Source: Steroidobacteraceae bacterium
GTDB lineage: Bacteria > Pseudomonadota > Gammaproteobacteria > Steroidobacterales > Steroidobacteraceae
Direction: 5' to 3'
DNA length: 36,961 nt
Assembly (NCBI GenBank): GCA_025927665.1
Contig: JAICKZ010000001.1
Coordinates: 1-36,961, forward strand
Part shown: positions 25,469-34,801 of the stretch, one piece after another
How positions within the stretch are numbered: position 1 is the stretch's first letter
How the letters are laid out: the number at the start of each line of letters is the position of its first letter
Made by a program: the position numbers and the translations under genes
Notes under the pieces: model-generated
The model's input: the letters and a program-made list of their open reading frames with translations, nothing else
The model's database searches: none
Told to the model about the DNA's origin: nothing

Positions 25469-28400
25469 TCAATTCATCCTTTTACGACCGCGCATCAATG
25501 ACTCCATCGCGTCCAGCAATTGATTATCTTGATACGGCTTGCCAAGATAATCATTGACTCCAACTTCAATTGCACGAGAGCGATGTTTCTCGCCAACACG
25601 CGAAGTAATCATGATGATGGGAACATGCTTCAATCGCGCATCACCGCGCACATGCGAAGCAAGTTCATAGCCATCCATACGCGGCATTTCAACATCAAGC
25701 AAAATGATATCGGGTACATGTTCCTGCATGACTTCCCATGCATCAACGCCATCTTTCGCGGCAATAACACGCATACCATTGCGTTCCAATAACCGTTGCG
25801 TAACACGACGCACAGTGATGGAATCATCCACTACCAGCACCAAGGCGCGACGGTCTTCGCCGCGTTCAATCATATTGCTTTCTTCATTACGGCCGCGCCA
25901 TTCAGAACGCACCAGCGCACCCATGTCAAGAATGATGACAACGCGACCATCACCAAGAATCGCAGCACCGGAAATGCCGCGAATAGCAGCTACCTGCGGT
26001 CCCACTGCTTTGACCACGATTTCACGATTACCCAACATCTCGTCAACCAACAAGGCGGTGGAATGTTCGCCGGCCTTCACCAACACCAAAGGTACCAGCT
26101 CATCGCCTTCGGGTAATTGCGAAGGTCCCGCATCAATGAAGTTACCCAGATGTTGAAATTTGTATATCTGCCCACCGTAATTGAATGTGGAGGTTCGCTC
26201 ACGCAAATGTGTTTCCACTTCAGAACGATTCAAGCGCACCACACCTTCGATCGATGGCAGTGGCAATGCATACAGTTCATTTTCACCCACACGTACCAAT
26301 AATGATTGACTGACTGCCAACGTGAACGGCAAACGAATGGTAAATTTAACACCTTCGCCAAACTTGGTTTCGGTGAACAATGCACCACCCAGTTTTTTAA
26401 TTTCATTCACCACTACATCCATACCCACACCGCGACCGGCATGTTGCGTTATGGTCGTAGCCGTACTGAAGCCAGGCTCAAGAATCAACTGCAATGCTTC
26501 TTCATCCGTAAGAATGCGATCTTTGGGAATCATGCCCTTCGCTTTAGCTTTTTCACGTACTGCGTTCACATCAATGCCACGCCCATCGTCTTGCAAGGTG
26601 ATTACCATTTCAGAACCTTCACGATGCAGCTTTACTGAAATGGTGCCGCTTACAGGCTTGCCAGCACGGGTACGTTCTGCGGGTGATTCAATCCCATGCA
26701 CAACAGAATTGCGCAGCATGTGCTCAAAAGGCGGCAGCATGCGCTCCAATACTTGACGATCAAGTTCACCAGTGGCGCCCGATACATTCAATTCAACTTG
26801 CTTGCCTGTTTCGCTGGCAACTTGGCGCACCAATCGTGTTAAACGTTGCGCGTGACGTGAGAACGGCACCATGCGGGTACGCATCAAACCATTTTGCAAT
26901 TCAGTTACAGCACGTGATTGTTGCAATAATAAATTCTGTGCTTCACGTGTCATACCACCGAGCAAGTTTTCAAGTGATGCAACGTCGCTGACAGATTCAG
27001 CCAGTGCGCGCGAGAACTGTTGAATGGTTGAATAACGATCCAGTTCCAATGGATCAAAGTCTGCACGTAGATGTGAATCATCCTGATGCTTGTGCAGTAT
27101 CTGCGCTTCGGTTTCCAATTCCAGGTTACGTAACTGATCTTTCAAACGCGCGACGGTACGATTCAACTCGGATAGATTGAATTCTACCGATGATATCTGC
27201 TGCTCTAGACGAGAACGCAGAATGCTTACCTCACCGGCATTGTTGAGCAAGTCATCGAGTAAATCTGCATCAACGCGCGCAACCTCACCACGTTCCGGCG
27301 TCAATTGTTCACGCCCTGGTGGCAATGCGCTGTGCAAAGATGATGGCGGTGTTGCGGCTGCTGTGGGTTCCGGTGCGGGTACTTCATCCGCGGTATCATT
27401 GGATTCAAGCACCACTTCAATTTCATCAGCCGCGGAAACTTCTACTCGCGGTACATTTGCTTGCGGTACATTTGGTAATTCAAAATCAATAGTTGATTCA
27501 GTGGGCGGTGCAAATACAGAGAGCGGAGCGATTTCTTGCAATTCATTGACATCAAATTCTTCCATCGGTGCAGCACTGAATGAATGCATCACTTCAATGG
27601 CTTGAGTTGGCGCAAAGGCCGCAGGATTTAATTGCTCTTCTGGAAGATCAAGATGAATGGAATGTTCAAGATGCTGCTGCATCTGTGGGTGTTGAAGATC
27701 ATCACCTGCAAATGAGGTGATAAACGGCAGCTCATTTTCTGCAGGCATATTGCGTATCGCCGCAGTCACTGGTGGCGACACGACTGCGGGCGGTTCTTCG
27801 CCTTTCGCCAAGGCACGAATGCGCGCAAGCAAATTAGGTGCGCCACTGACATTTTTTCCGTTGCTAACCACTTCACGCATGCGGTGTAATGCATCAAGTC
27901 CACTCTGCAACATTTCAAACACGGGTGGCGATGCAGTCACGACGCCATGTTCAAGCATCTCCATGAACGATTCGAGTTCATGACTAAGATCGCTCATACC
28001 GCGAATGCCGGCCATGAGCGCGCCACCTTTGATCGTATGTAATGCACGTTTCAATTCATGCGATTGAGCTTGATTGCTACGATCACCACGCCAATTATTA
28101 AATGAGCTATCGGCTACTTCCAATAATTCACTGGCCTCTTCGGAAAATATCGCTGCCACCTCTGCATCGAATGCGTCATCTGGCGCAATTGCTACTGCAT
28201 CCATTTCCGCAGTTGCCGTGGTAATTGATTGGGGATTTTTTGCAGACTCTTTAGACATCGATCGGTTAGGCGAACGCCGTTCCACATTAATATCAGAAAC
28301 TGTGCTTACCGCAGTTAATGCGGGCGTTGATAACGCTGAAGGTTGCGACACTATCGGTGCAATCTGAACTGCCGCAGACGACTCGGGCGCTGAGAAAGTT

Positions 28401-31400
28401 TGTGGCCTTAATACTGGCAAGGAGGCTTCTAATGCAGCGACATCAAGATTCGTGTTCCACTCAGAAGAGTCGAGCACAATATGTGTATGCGTACCGGTGT
28501 GGAAATCATCCGCCACATATGCGGGCAATGCAGCATTGCGTGCGGTGTCTGCTGTAGTTAGATTATTGTGCTTTGTTTCAGAATGCACGTATTCGGACAT
28601 GGCATCAAAAGCAGGTCCCTTGCGTAATATGGTTTCAATGGGTGATTCAACCAGTTGCTGCAAATCATCCACAGTCAAACTAACCCAGTCTTCTTCACTG
28701 TCACCATTATTTGAATGAGCAAGCACATCATTTTCGGTGATGGTCTCCGAACTCCGCAGAAGAGCTTCATTATTTTCCGAGGTATCAATCATAGTATAGT
28801 GATTGGTTGCCGCGTTTCGTTGTGATTCGGCGAGTAACCCAAGATGCGCGCCAGTTGCACTTGATGTGTTCATCACACTGCTTGAATCAATCGATATTTC
28901 GCGTTGAGTCAATTCACTATCCAATTGTTGTTCAAGCGACTGAATGCGCATCACAATACTGTTCTGCGATTTAAAAAATGTCGAGTCTTCGTTTACATGA
29001 GCGAGAATATTATAAATCGCTGATACGGCGTCACTCAACGCTTCCAGTCCTGCTTCAGGCAAAGGTACGGCATTGTCGTATAACTTGCGAATGTAATGAT
29101 TGAGTGGCTCTGCAATCTTGATGCTTTGACGTACTACGGCGGTTTTAGAAGCGCCGCTAATAGTATGACATGCGCGATGTAATGCCTCAGTCACGGTATA
29201 AGGAGGATGCAAGATCGCACAGTCGTTGATGTAATTACGAATGGCGGCAAGATGGCCCGCGACTTCCTTGGAAAAAATTTCATGTAACGTTGGATCAATC
29301 GGCGGGTCGATCGTTGCAACGCGATTCGCTGATACTGCCGAGGTCGTTGCTGATCCTGCAGGTTTAACTGATGCAGGTTTGGATGAAGGCTCTGATACTT
29401 TCAACGCCGGAACGATGCCGGTGTCACCGGTATTGCTACGCTTAGCTTGATCACGCGTGCCAGCGAAAGTATAAGCCCATGCGACCAGCGCACCAATGTT
29501 TGCCTGTGGTACGCGTCCACTTTCAAGTTGTTCAATTAATTGAGGCAAGGCCGCGACCGCTTGACGCAACAGCTCAACCATTTCTGGCGTGCGATCCAAA
29601 GTCTTACTAATAATGCGATTCATCATGTTTTCCATTGACCATGAGAATTCGCCAATCAACTGTGCGCCCACTAGTCGTCCGCTACCCTTTAAAGTATGGA
29701 AAGAGCGACGCATCTGTGTCAGTGCATCAACGTCCTGAGGGTTATCATCCCAACGTGGCAACATCAGTTGTAACTTTAAAAGTTCTTCGCGCGCCTCCTC
29801 GATGAATAATTCCAAAAACTCGGGATTCGATTTATCTTCTGGACGCACCAGTACCGGTGGCAAATTCACCATGGTGGCCGCATGATCACTCAATGCGACT
29901 TTCGACTCCGTGAGCACTGGCAGTGGCTTATCACGAATAACTTGGGTTGGCTCTGCTTTGGAAGATTCAACTACGCGCGTTGAAGAATGTGCAGTATTCG
30001 CCACGGTGGGCTCAATGGCCGTCGCGCTCATGATGTTAGTGAGATTCTGTGGAATACGGTACATGCCGGTTCCACCATTGCTCATGTCATCGAGTACTTG
30101 CAAACAACCTTCAGCATTGTCGAGCATATACCATGGATCATTACGGCCAGCTTGCAAAGTCTCAAGATAGTATTCAACTGCGACGATCGCATCTGCAAGA
30201 CGATCCATTTTTTCTGGTATGCGCGGCAATATTTCTGGTCGTGCGTAACGTTCCAATGCATTACGAATGCGTTCGGTAATTTCCACTGCGCGATTTTTTC
30301 CCAACATCAACAAGCCTGCATTGATACCCCGTATCAAATGCGGAATTTGATCCAGCGTCTGCGATTCGCCAGGGTGTTCCAATGCCAGTGCAATGGACTC
30401 TTTAATGCGCGCCATGTTGACAATACATTCACGCAGTACCGCTTCGGATACTTGACGGAACTCGATATCTTTATCAGATTTGTCAGTGCTGTCTGTCTTG
30501 TCGGCTTTGCCTTCGTCGCTATCGCTTTCGTCAGGCATGATCAAGCTAACTAATTGCGAATCCAACCCGTCTTCAACGCTAATCAAAGTTGCAGCCATCG
30601 CCATCAAGGTCGAATCATCGGCTGTGGCGTTGGATTGCAACAGGTTTTGCAACAACGCGGTTTGTTGTTGCACTTGTTCGCGCAAGTTGCCTAAACCCAG
30701 CACACCTAAGGTGTCACCAATTTTTTTCAGTAACTCCAATTGCGGCGCAAGTTCATCTAATTCCAAGCCACCTTTGCGCACAAAAATATCCAATGCATCT
30801 TTCACTCGTGCTAGATCTTCTTTGATTGCGCTTGCAACCGTCTTCATGAGCTTGACGGAAGGTGCCGACAGACTTTGTCTTGCCGCTTCTACTTGTGCAT
30901 CAATTGGTAACAAATCATTCAAACGGAAAGATGACCGCACCGCTGCTACTCGTGGACCATCACTCGCTGCACGTGCAACGTAGTACAATAAATTATTCAA
31001 GAGATCGAGAGGTGGTTTTTCGCAATACTGTTGTTCACCATCGGTATAGAGTCGCTTCATTTCACGATCAGCTTGACCAAGCAAACGTTTGACCGATGCC
31101 GTGCTATCCAAGCCGCCTTCACGCAATGCTTCAAGCACTGCACCAACCACCCACCACAGTTGAAATACCGGCTGTGTCACTGCAACTTGTTCAAGTTTTT
31201 CTGCAGCACGCGCGAGAATTTCCAGATTCTGATCGATGCGCTCACCTTTTATCCAACCAAGCAATCCCAATTGAAAACGGGTGCGCATCTTGCGTGCCCA
31301 TTGAGTTGCATTGGCGTGTGGTTCACCCGCAGCGGGTGCCTGTGGATTGGCTTGTTGGTCGGAACTAAGATTCAACAGCAATAAAGTCCCTTCGGACAAC

Positions 31401-31798
31401 AATGGATTGCCACGCACCGCACGCAAGTCATTCAGCAACGGTAATAACACCAGCGCCATATCGCGCCCGCCACCCAGTACCCGATCGAGATAAGTAGGCA
31501 GCTGCACCATAGAACGCATCAAGGCATCGAGTCCTTCCGGTAGATGTCGCTTGCGACCAATATGATCGATCAAGTACTGCGTCAGTTGCTCCATCTCTTC
31601 AACCAACAATGCAGCACCAAACACTTCAACCAGACGCAACGCACCGCGCACCAAACGCAGATGTTCGCGACACGTCTGCAATAGCGCGGTATTTTCTTGT
31701 TGCTCGCCAAATAGCTCCAAGGCCATGCGCGCTTCGTTCAATTCATTGTTAACTTCACGCGCAACCACATGCAGGGTTTGCGTTGTAACTTCACTCAT
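25469..31798 (-). CDS. chpA: hybrid CheA-type histidine kinase ChpA/PilL (multi-Hpt, kinase, CheW, receiver)
   Basis: 2109 aa. It has a FimL-like N-terminal region, then three Hpt motifs: SFHTLKGSG (His701), ACHTISGAS (His878) and ALHTIKGGA (His1254). The dimerisation/HATPase region carries HMLRNSVVHGIE, DDGRGID and GRGVGMD. These are followed by a CheW domain (~1832-1965) and a C-terminal receiver with LVVDDS...IILLDVEMPRMDG (Asp2035)...LGKP. Confidence 0.9.
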   Translation of the reverse strand: MSEVTTQTLHVVAREVNNELNEARMALELFGEQQENTALLQTCREHLRLVRGALRLVEVFGAALLVEEMEQLTQYLIDHIGRKRHLPEGLDALMRSMVQLPTYLDRVLGGGRDMALVLLPLLNDLRAVRGNPLLSEGTLLLLNLSSDQQANPQAPAAGEPHANATQWARKMRTRFQLGLLGWIKGERIDQNLEILARAAEKLEQVAVTQPVFQLWWVVGAVLEALREGGLDSTASVKRLLGQADREMKRLYTDGEQQYCEKPPLDLLNNLLYYVARAASDGPRVAAVRSSFRLNDLLPIDAQVEAARQSLSAPSVKLMKTVASAIKEDLARVKDALDIFVRKGGLELDELAPQLELLKKIGDTLGVLGLGNLREQVQQQTALLQNLLQSNATADDSTLMAMAATLISVEDGLDSQLVSLIMPDESDSDEGKADKTDSTDKSDKDIEFRQVSEAVLRECIVNMARIKESIALALEHPGESQTLDQIPHLIRGINAGLLMLGKNRAVEITERIRNALERYARPEILPRIPEKMDRLADAIVAVEYYLETLQAGRNDPWYMLDNAEGCLQVLDDMSNGGTGMYRIPQNLTNIMSATAIEPTVANTAHSSTRVVESSKAEPTQVIRDKPLPVLTESKVALSDHAATMVNLPPVLVRPEDKSNPEFLELFIEEAREELLKLQLMLPRWDDNPQDVDALTQMRRSFHTLKGSGRLVGAQLIGEFSWSMENMMNRIISKTLDRTPEMVELLRQAVAALPQLIEQLESGRVPQANIGALVAWAYTFAGTRDQAKRSNTGDTGIVPALKVSEPSSKPASVKPAGSATTSAVSANRVATIDPPIDPTLHEIFSKEVAGHLAAIRNYINDCAILHPPYTVTEALHRACHTISGASKTAVVRQSIKIAEPLNHYIRKLYDNAVPLPEAGLEALSDAVSAIYNILAHVNEDSTFFKSQNSIVMRIQSLEQQLDSELTQREISIDSSSVMNTSSATGAHLGLLAESQRNAATNHYTMIDTSENNEALLRSSETITENDVLAHSNNGDSEEDWVSLTVDDLQQLVESPIETILRKGPAFDAMSEYVHSETKHNNLTTADTARNAALPAYVADDFHTGTHTHIVLDSSEWNTNLDVAALEASLPVLRPQTFSAPESSAAVQIAPIVSQPSALSTPALTAVSTVSDINVERRSPNRSMSKESAKNPQSITTATAEMDAVAIAPDDAFDAEVAAIFSEEASELLEVADSSFNNWRGDRSNQAQSHELKRALHTIKGGALMAGIRGMSDLSHELESFMEMLEHGVVTASPPVFEMLQSGLDALHRMREVVSNGKNVSGAPNLLARIRALAKGEEPPAVVSPPVTAAIRNMPAENELPFITSFAGDDLQHPQMQQHLEHSIHLDLPEEQLNPAAFAPTQAIEVMHSFSAAPMEEFDVNELQEIAPLSVFAPPTESTIDFELPNVPQANVPRVEVSAADEIEVVLESNDTADEVPAPEPTAAATPPSSLHSALPPGREQLTPERGEVARVDADLLDDLLNNAGEVSILRSRLEQQISSVEFNLSELNRTVARLKDQLRNLELETEAQILHKHQDDSHLRADFDPLELDRYSTIQQFSRALAESVSDVASLENLLGGMTREAQNLLLQQSRAVTELQNGLMRTRMVPFSRHAQRLTRLVRQVASETGKQVELNVSGATGELDRQVLERMLPPFEHMLRNSVVHGIESPAERTRAGKPVSGTISVKLHREGSEMVITLQDDGRGIDVNAVREKAKAKGMIPKDRILTDEEALQLILEPGFSTATTITQHAGRGVGMDVVVNEIKKLGGALFTETKFGEGVKFTIRLPFTLAVSQSLLVRVGENELYALPLPSIEGVVRLNRSEVETHLRERTSTFNYGGQIYKFQHLGNFIDAGPSQLPEGDELVPLVLVKAGEHSTALLVDEMLGNREIVVKAVGPQVAAIRGISGAAILGDGRVVIILDMGALVRSEWRGRNEESNMIERGEDRRALVLVVDDSITVRRVTQRLLERNGMRVIAAKDGVDAWEVMQEHVPDIILLDVEMPRMDGYELASHVRGDARLKHVPIIMITSRVGEKHRSRAIEVGVNDYLGKPYQDNQLLDAMESLMRGRKRMN

Positions 31799-31825
31799 CG
31801 TGAATGCTCCCCGTTATCATCGTGG

Positions 31826-33160
31826 TCATCGCCCCACTCCACTTACTTTCTTATTATTGTCGACCGCTTTTACATCGGTGGGCTTGGTACGAGTGTCTAC
31901 CACTTCAACTACATCTTCAGAACGGGTCACTGGAACATTAGTCATGTCTGATAAACGGAATCCAGCGACCGACTTGCGCAACGAACCCGATAGCTGCGCC
32001 AACTTGCCAATTGAGTTGGATGTCGCTGCACTGTTGTCTGCAGTCTGCGAACTGATTTCACGCAGCACTTGCATGTTTTGTGAAATGTTTTGTGCCGCCT
32101 GTGCTTGCTGTCGCGCACTGGCAGAAATGTTCTGCACCAACGATGCAATCTGATTGGAGACTTGCTCGATCTCTTGCAATGCTGAACCGGCATTTTCTGC
32201 GAGTAACGCGCCACCGACTACATCAGTAGTACTGCGTTCCATTGACACTACGGCCTCGTTGGTATCAGCTTGAATGGTGCGCACCAAGCCTTCAATCTGC
32301 TTGGTTGCTTGACCTGCGCGTTCCGCAAGACGCTGCACTTCATCTGCAACGACCGCAAAGCCACGTCCCGCTTCACCTGCCATTGACGCTTGAATTGAAG
32401 CATTCAATGCAAGGATATTGGTTTGCTCCGCAAGATCATTAATCAGCTCAACAATGTTGCCAATTTCCTGCGAGCTTTCGCCTAATCGTTTAATACGTTT
32501 GGATGTTTCTTGAATCGTTTCACGAATAGTGTTCATGCCATCAATGGTACGACGCACGGCATCGTTACCCTTATGAGCAATATCAACCGAGTGTCGTGCC
32601 ACGTCAGAAGAGCGTTCCGCGTTACCAGACACTTCTTCGGTTGTTGCTGCCATTGCTGCTGCTGACTCTGAAGCTGCAGTAACTTGTTTGGCTTGCTGCA
32701 CCGAAGCTTTAGCGAGATGGCCCGAAGATGCGAGTGCTTTACGCGCCGATCCATCCAATGAGATAGCAGTGAGATTAATGGTGGTCACTAGATCGCGCAA
32801 TGCTTCCACTGCGGTGTTAAAGGAGTCCGCGATGGCACCGGTGAAATCTTCTGTTACCGTGGCACGTACCGTTAAGTCGCCATCAGCGAGATTGGAAATT
32901 TCGTCCAGCAACCGCAGAATGGCTTCTTGATTGCGCTCGTGTTGCGCGCGTTGTTTGTCTGCCTGCTTCCACAGATCGGCCGTTGTAATGTGCACGATCA
33001 ATATGATCAATGCACTGCCTCCTGCGATCGCGAGTAGCAACAATGCTAACGGTTTGTCGCCATACAATCCAAGCAATGGTGCCATGGCACCAACGATGGC
33101 AGCCAGCGTTATGCAGAGCAGCAAGGGTAATAATCGCAGCGCTTTAATCTTTCCTAACAT
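31826..33160 (-). CDS. pilJ: PilJ-like methyl-accepting chemotaxis protein lacking a periplasmic domain
   Basis: 444 aa. Two adjacent TM helices are separated by YGDKP. They are followed by PilJ-type [35 protein letters not shown] and the MCP signalling domain ([40 protein letters not shown]). Confidence 0.85.
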   Translation of the reverse strand: MLGKIKALRLLPLLLCITLAAIVGAMAPLLGLYGDKPLALLLLAIAGGSALIILIVHITTADLWKQADKQRAQHERNQEAILRLLDEISNLADGDLTVRATVTEDFTGAIADSFNTAVEALRDLVTTINLTAISLDGSARKALASSGHLAKASVQQAKQVTAASESAAAMAATTEEVSGNAERSSDVARHSVDIAHKGNDAVRRTIDGMNTIRETIQETSKRIKRLGESSQEIGNIVELINDLAEQTNILALNASIQASMAGEAGRGFAVVADEVQRLAERAGQATKQIEGLVRTIQADTNEAVVSMERSTTDVVGGALLAENAGSALQEIEQVSNQIASLVQNISASARQQAQAAQNISQNMQVLREISSQTADNSAATSNSIGKLAQLSGSLRKSVAGFRLSDMTNVPVTRSEDVVEVVDTRTKPTDVKAVDNNKKVSGVGR

Positions 33161-33171
33161 TAGTTACACTG

Positions 33172-33744
33172 CTAGTTTGCAGCTCCTGTCAAAAACTCTT
33201 CGCTTTCCAGCAAACCACGCAATCCAAATACTGGACATACTTCATTGCTACGACGAAATGCGCCCGCCAAATATCGATCGCATTGCAAAATTGTGGTGGG
33301 AATTTGCGCATTGAACTCGCTGTCGGTGAAACGACGAAAACCCATCACTTCATCCACTAGCAACCCCGCAGGCACTTCGCGATGATTGGCTACCAAAATT
33401 CGCGCGGCTCGACCAACGGCTGCTGAACCACCACCCAGAAACGCGCGTAAGTCGATCACGGGCAGCAATTGTCCACGCACATTGGCCATGCCACGAATCC
33501 ATGAACGCGCACCAGGCACCCGTGTCAAAAACGGCGGCACACTTAATACTTCGCGAGTTTCATCACGTGCAACTAAAAACAATTCACCACCCAGACGAAA
33601 CGAGACACCGACCCATTCATGCCCTGCATGTGCTTCTGCCGCGTGTCCTGAATGCATTGCACGTGCACGTCGCTCCATTTCGAGCAACAGCTCAAATGGC
33701 GTATTAACCATGGTTCGTAAAGCAGCGGCGGAAGTTGTTGTCAC
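33172..33744 (-). CDS. pilI: CheW-like protein PilI
   Basis: A 190-aa CheW domain (WVGVSFRLGGELFLVARDETREVL...IRGMANVRGQLLPVIDLRAFLGG) placed between pilH and pilJ. The start is GTG at 33744 or ATG at 33711. Confidence 0.8.
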   Translation of the reverse strand: MTTTSAAALRTMVNTPFELLLEMERRARAMHSGHAAEAHAGHEWVGVSFRLGGELFLVARDETREVLSVPPFLTRVPGARSWIRGMANVRGQLLPVIDLRAFLGGGSAAVGRAARILVANHREVPAGLLVDEVMGFRRFTDSEFNAQIPTTILQCDRYLAGAFRRSNEVCPVFGLRGLLESEEFLTGAAN

Positions 33745-33758
33745 GTTAACTGCTCACA

Positions 33759-34124
33759 TCACTCGGCCAACGTCGCCTTGGCTTTGTCCAACAAACGCTG
33801 TGCGGAAACAGGTTTGACCAGATAATCAATCGCACCTTGGCGCATGCCCCAAACGCGATCCGACTCTTGATCTTTGGAGGTGACCATCACAATGGGAATG
33901 GACTTGGTCGTAGGATCGCTGGATAACTTTCGCGTCGCTTGAAAACCGTTCATGCCGGGCATGACGACATCCATGAAAATCATGTCAGGATGAATCTTGC
34001 GGGCAATTTCATACGCCTCCATTCCGTCGTGAGCTGATGCAATCTCATAACCATGCTTTTCCAGCGTGGTCTTCATTGCATGTACCTCGGTAGGCGAATC
34101 ATCGACAATCAAAATCAGCGCCAT
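33759..34124 (-). CDS. pilH: single-domain response regulator PilH
   Basis: MALILIVDDSPTE...MIFMDVVMPGMNG...VTSK...YLVKP. The 121-aa length matches P. aeruginosa PilH. The ORF-track start at 34160 overlaps pilG. Confidence 0.85.
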   Translation of the reverse strand: MALILIVDDSPTEVHAMKTTLEKHGYEIASAHDGMEAYEIARKIHPDMIFMDVVMPGMNGFQATRKLSSDPTTKSIPIVMVTSKDQESDRVWGMRQGAIDYLVKPVSAQRLLDKAKATLAE

Positions 34125-34131
34125 ATATACC

Positions 34132-34545
34132 TCAACGCGCCAAGTGACCGACGTGGGCATCGATGGCGCTGAGCAATTCGTCCTTTGTGAACGGCTTGGT
34201 CAGATAATGTTCCGAGCCCACAATACGTCCTCTTGCGCGATCGAATAGGCCATCTTTGCTCGACAACATGATTACCGGAATCGATTTGAACACCTTGTTG
34301 TGTTTGATCAATGAGCAGGTCTGATAACCGTCCAAACGCGGCATCATAATGTCGACAAACACAATGTCTGGCTGATGATCAGCAATCTTGGAAAGTGCGT
34401 CAAAACCATCCACTGCGGTAAACACCTCGCAGCCCTCTTTGGCCAGCAGTGTTTCCGCCGTACGTCGAATGGTCTTACTGTCATCGATCACCAGTACTTT
34501 CAAACCGGATAATCGTAGAGTTTCTGCTACTGCCCCGTTCATCAT
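34132..34545 (-). CDS. pilG: single-domain response regulator PilG
   Basis: KVLVIDDSKTIRR...IVFVDIMMPRLDGYQTC...LSSKDG...YLTKPF. GAGGT lies 5 nt before the ATG at 34545. The gene is divergent from gshB, as in Pseudomonas. Confidence 0.85.
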   Translation of the reverse strand: MMNGAVAETLRLSGLKVLVIDDSKTIRRTAETLLAKEGCEVFTAVDGFDALSKIADHQPDIVFVDIMMPRLDGYQTCSLIKHNKVFKSIPVIMLSSKDGLFDRARGRIVGSEHYLTKPFTKDELLSAIDAHVGHLAR

Positions 34546-34801
34546 TGAATACCTCAACACTGGCCAGGCGTCACCACTGGGTGACGCAATAAATTCATGC
34601 TGTACAGCGGTCAGTTTTTAACATATTGATATGCCCCATGACATCGGCCGCTTGCGTATAGTATGAGGCACGTCACGACTTGCACTGCGGCACAGTGCGC
34701 AGAACAGGTTATGACTCATTTCACAAGCGTGATGCAGTTCAAATTGTCCGATTTGGATAACTTGAGACACTACACCCCTTAAGATCGTCAGAGAAATTGT
34801 A

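Noticed and set aside
25520-31493. More than 25 plus-strand ORFs of 60-188 aa lie inside the chpA coding region (for example 29987-30553, 30480-30983 and 25704-26156).
   Set aside because: All are antisense to, or out of frame with, a continuous 2109-aa gene that has clear domain motifs. Their products are low-complexity or Ser/Ala/Arg/Cys-rich, have no motifs and have no RBS. These are typical shadow ORFs of a long gene.
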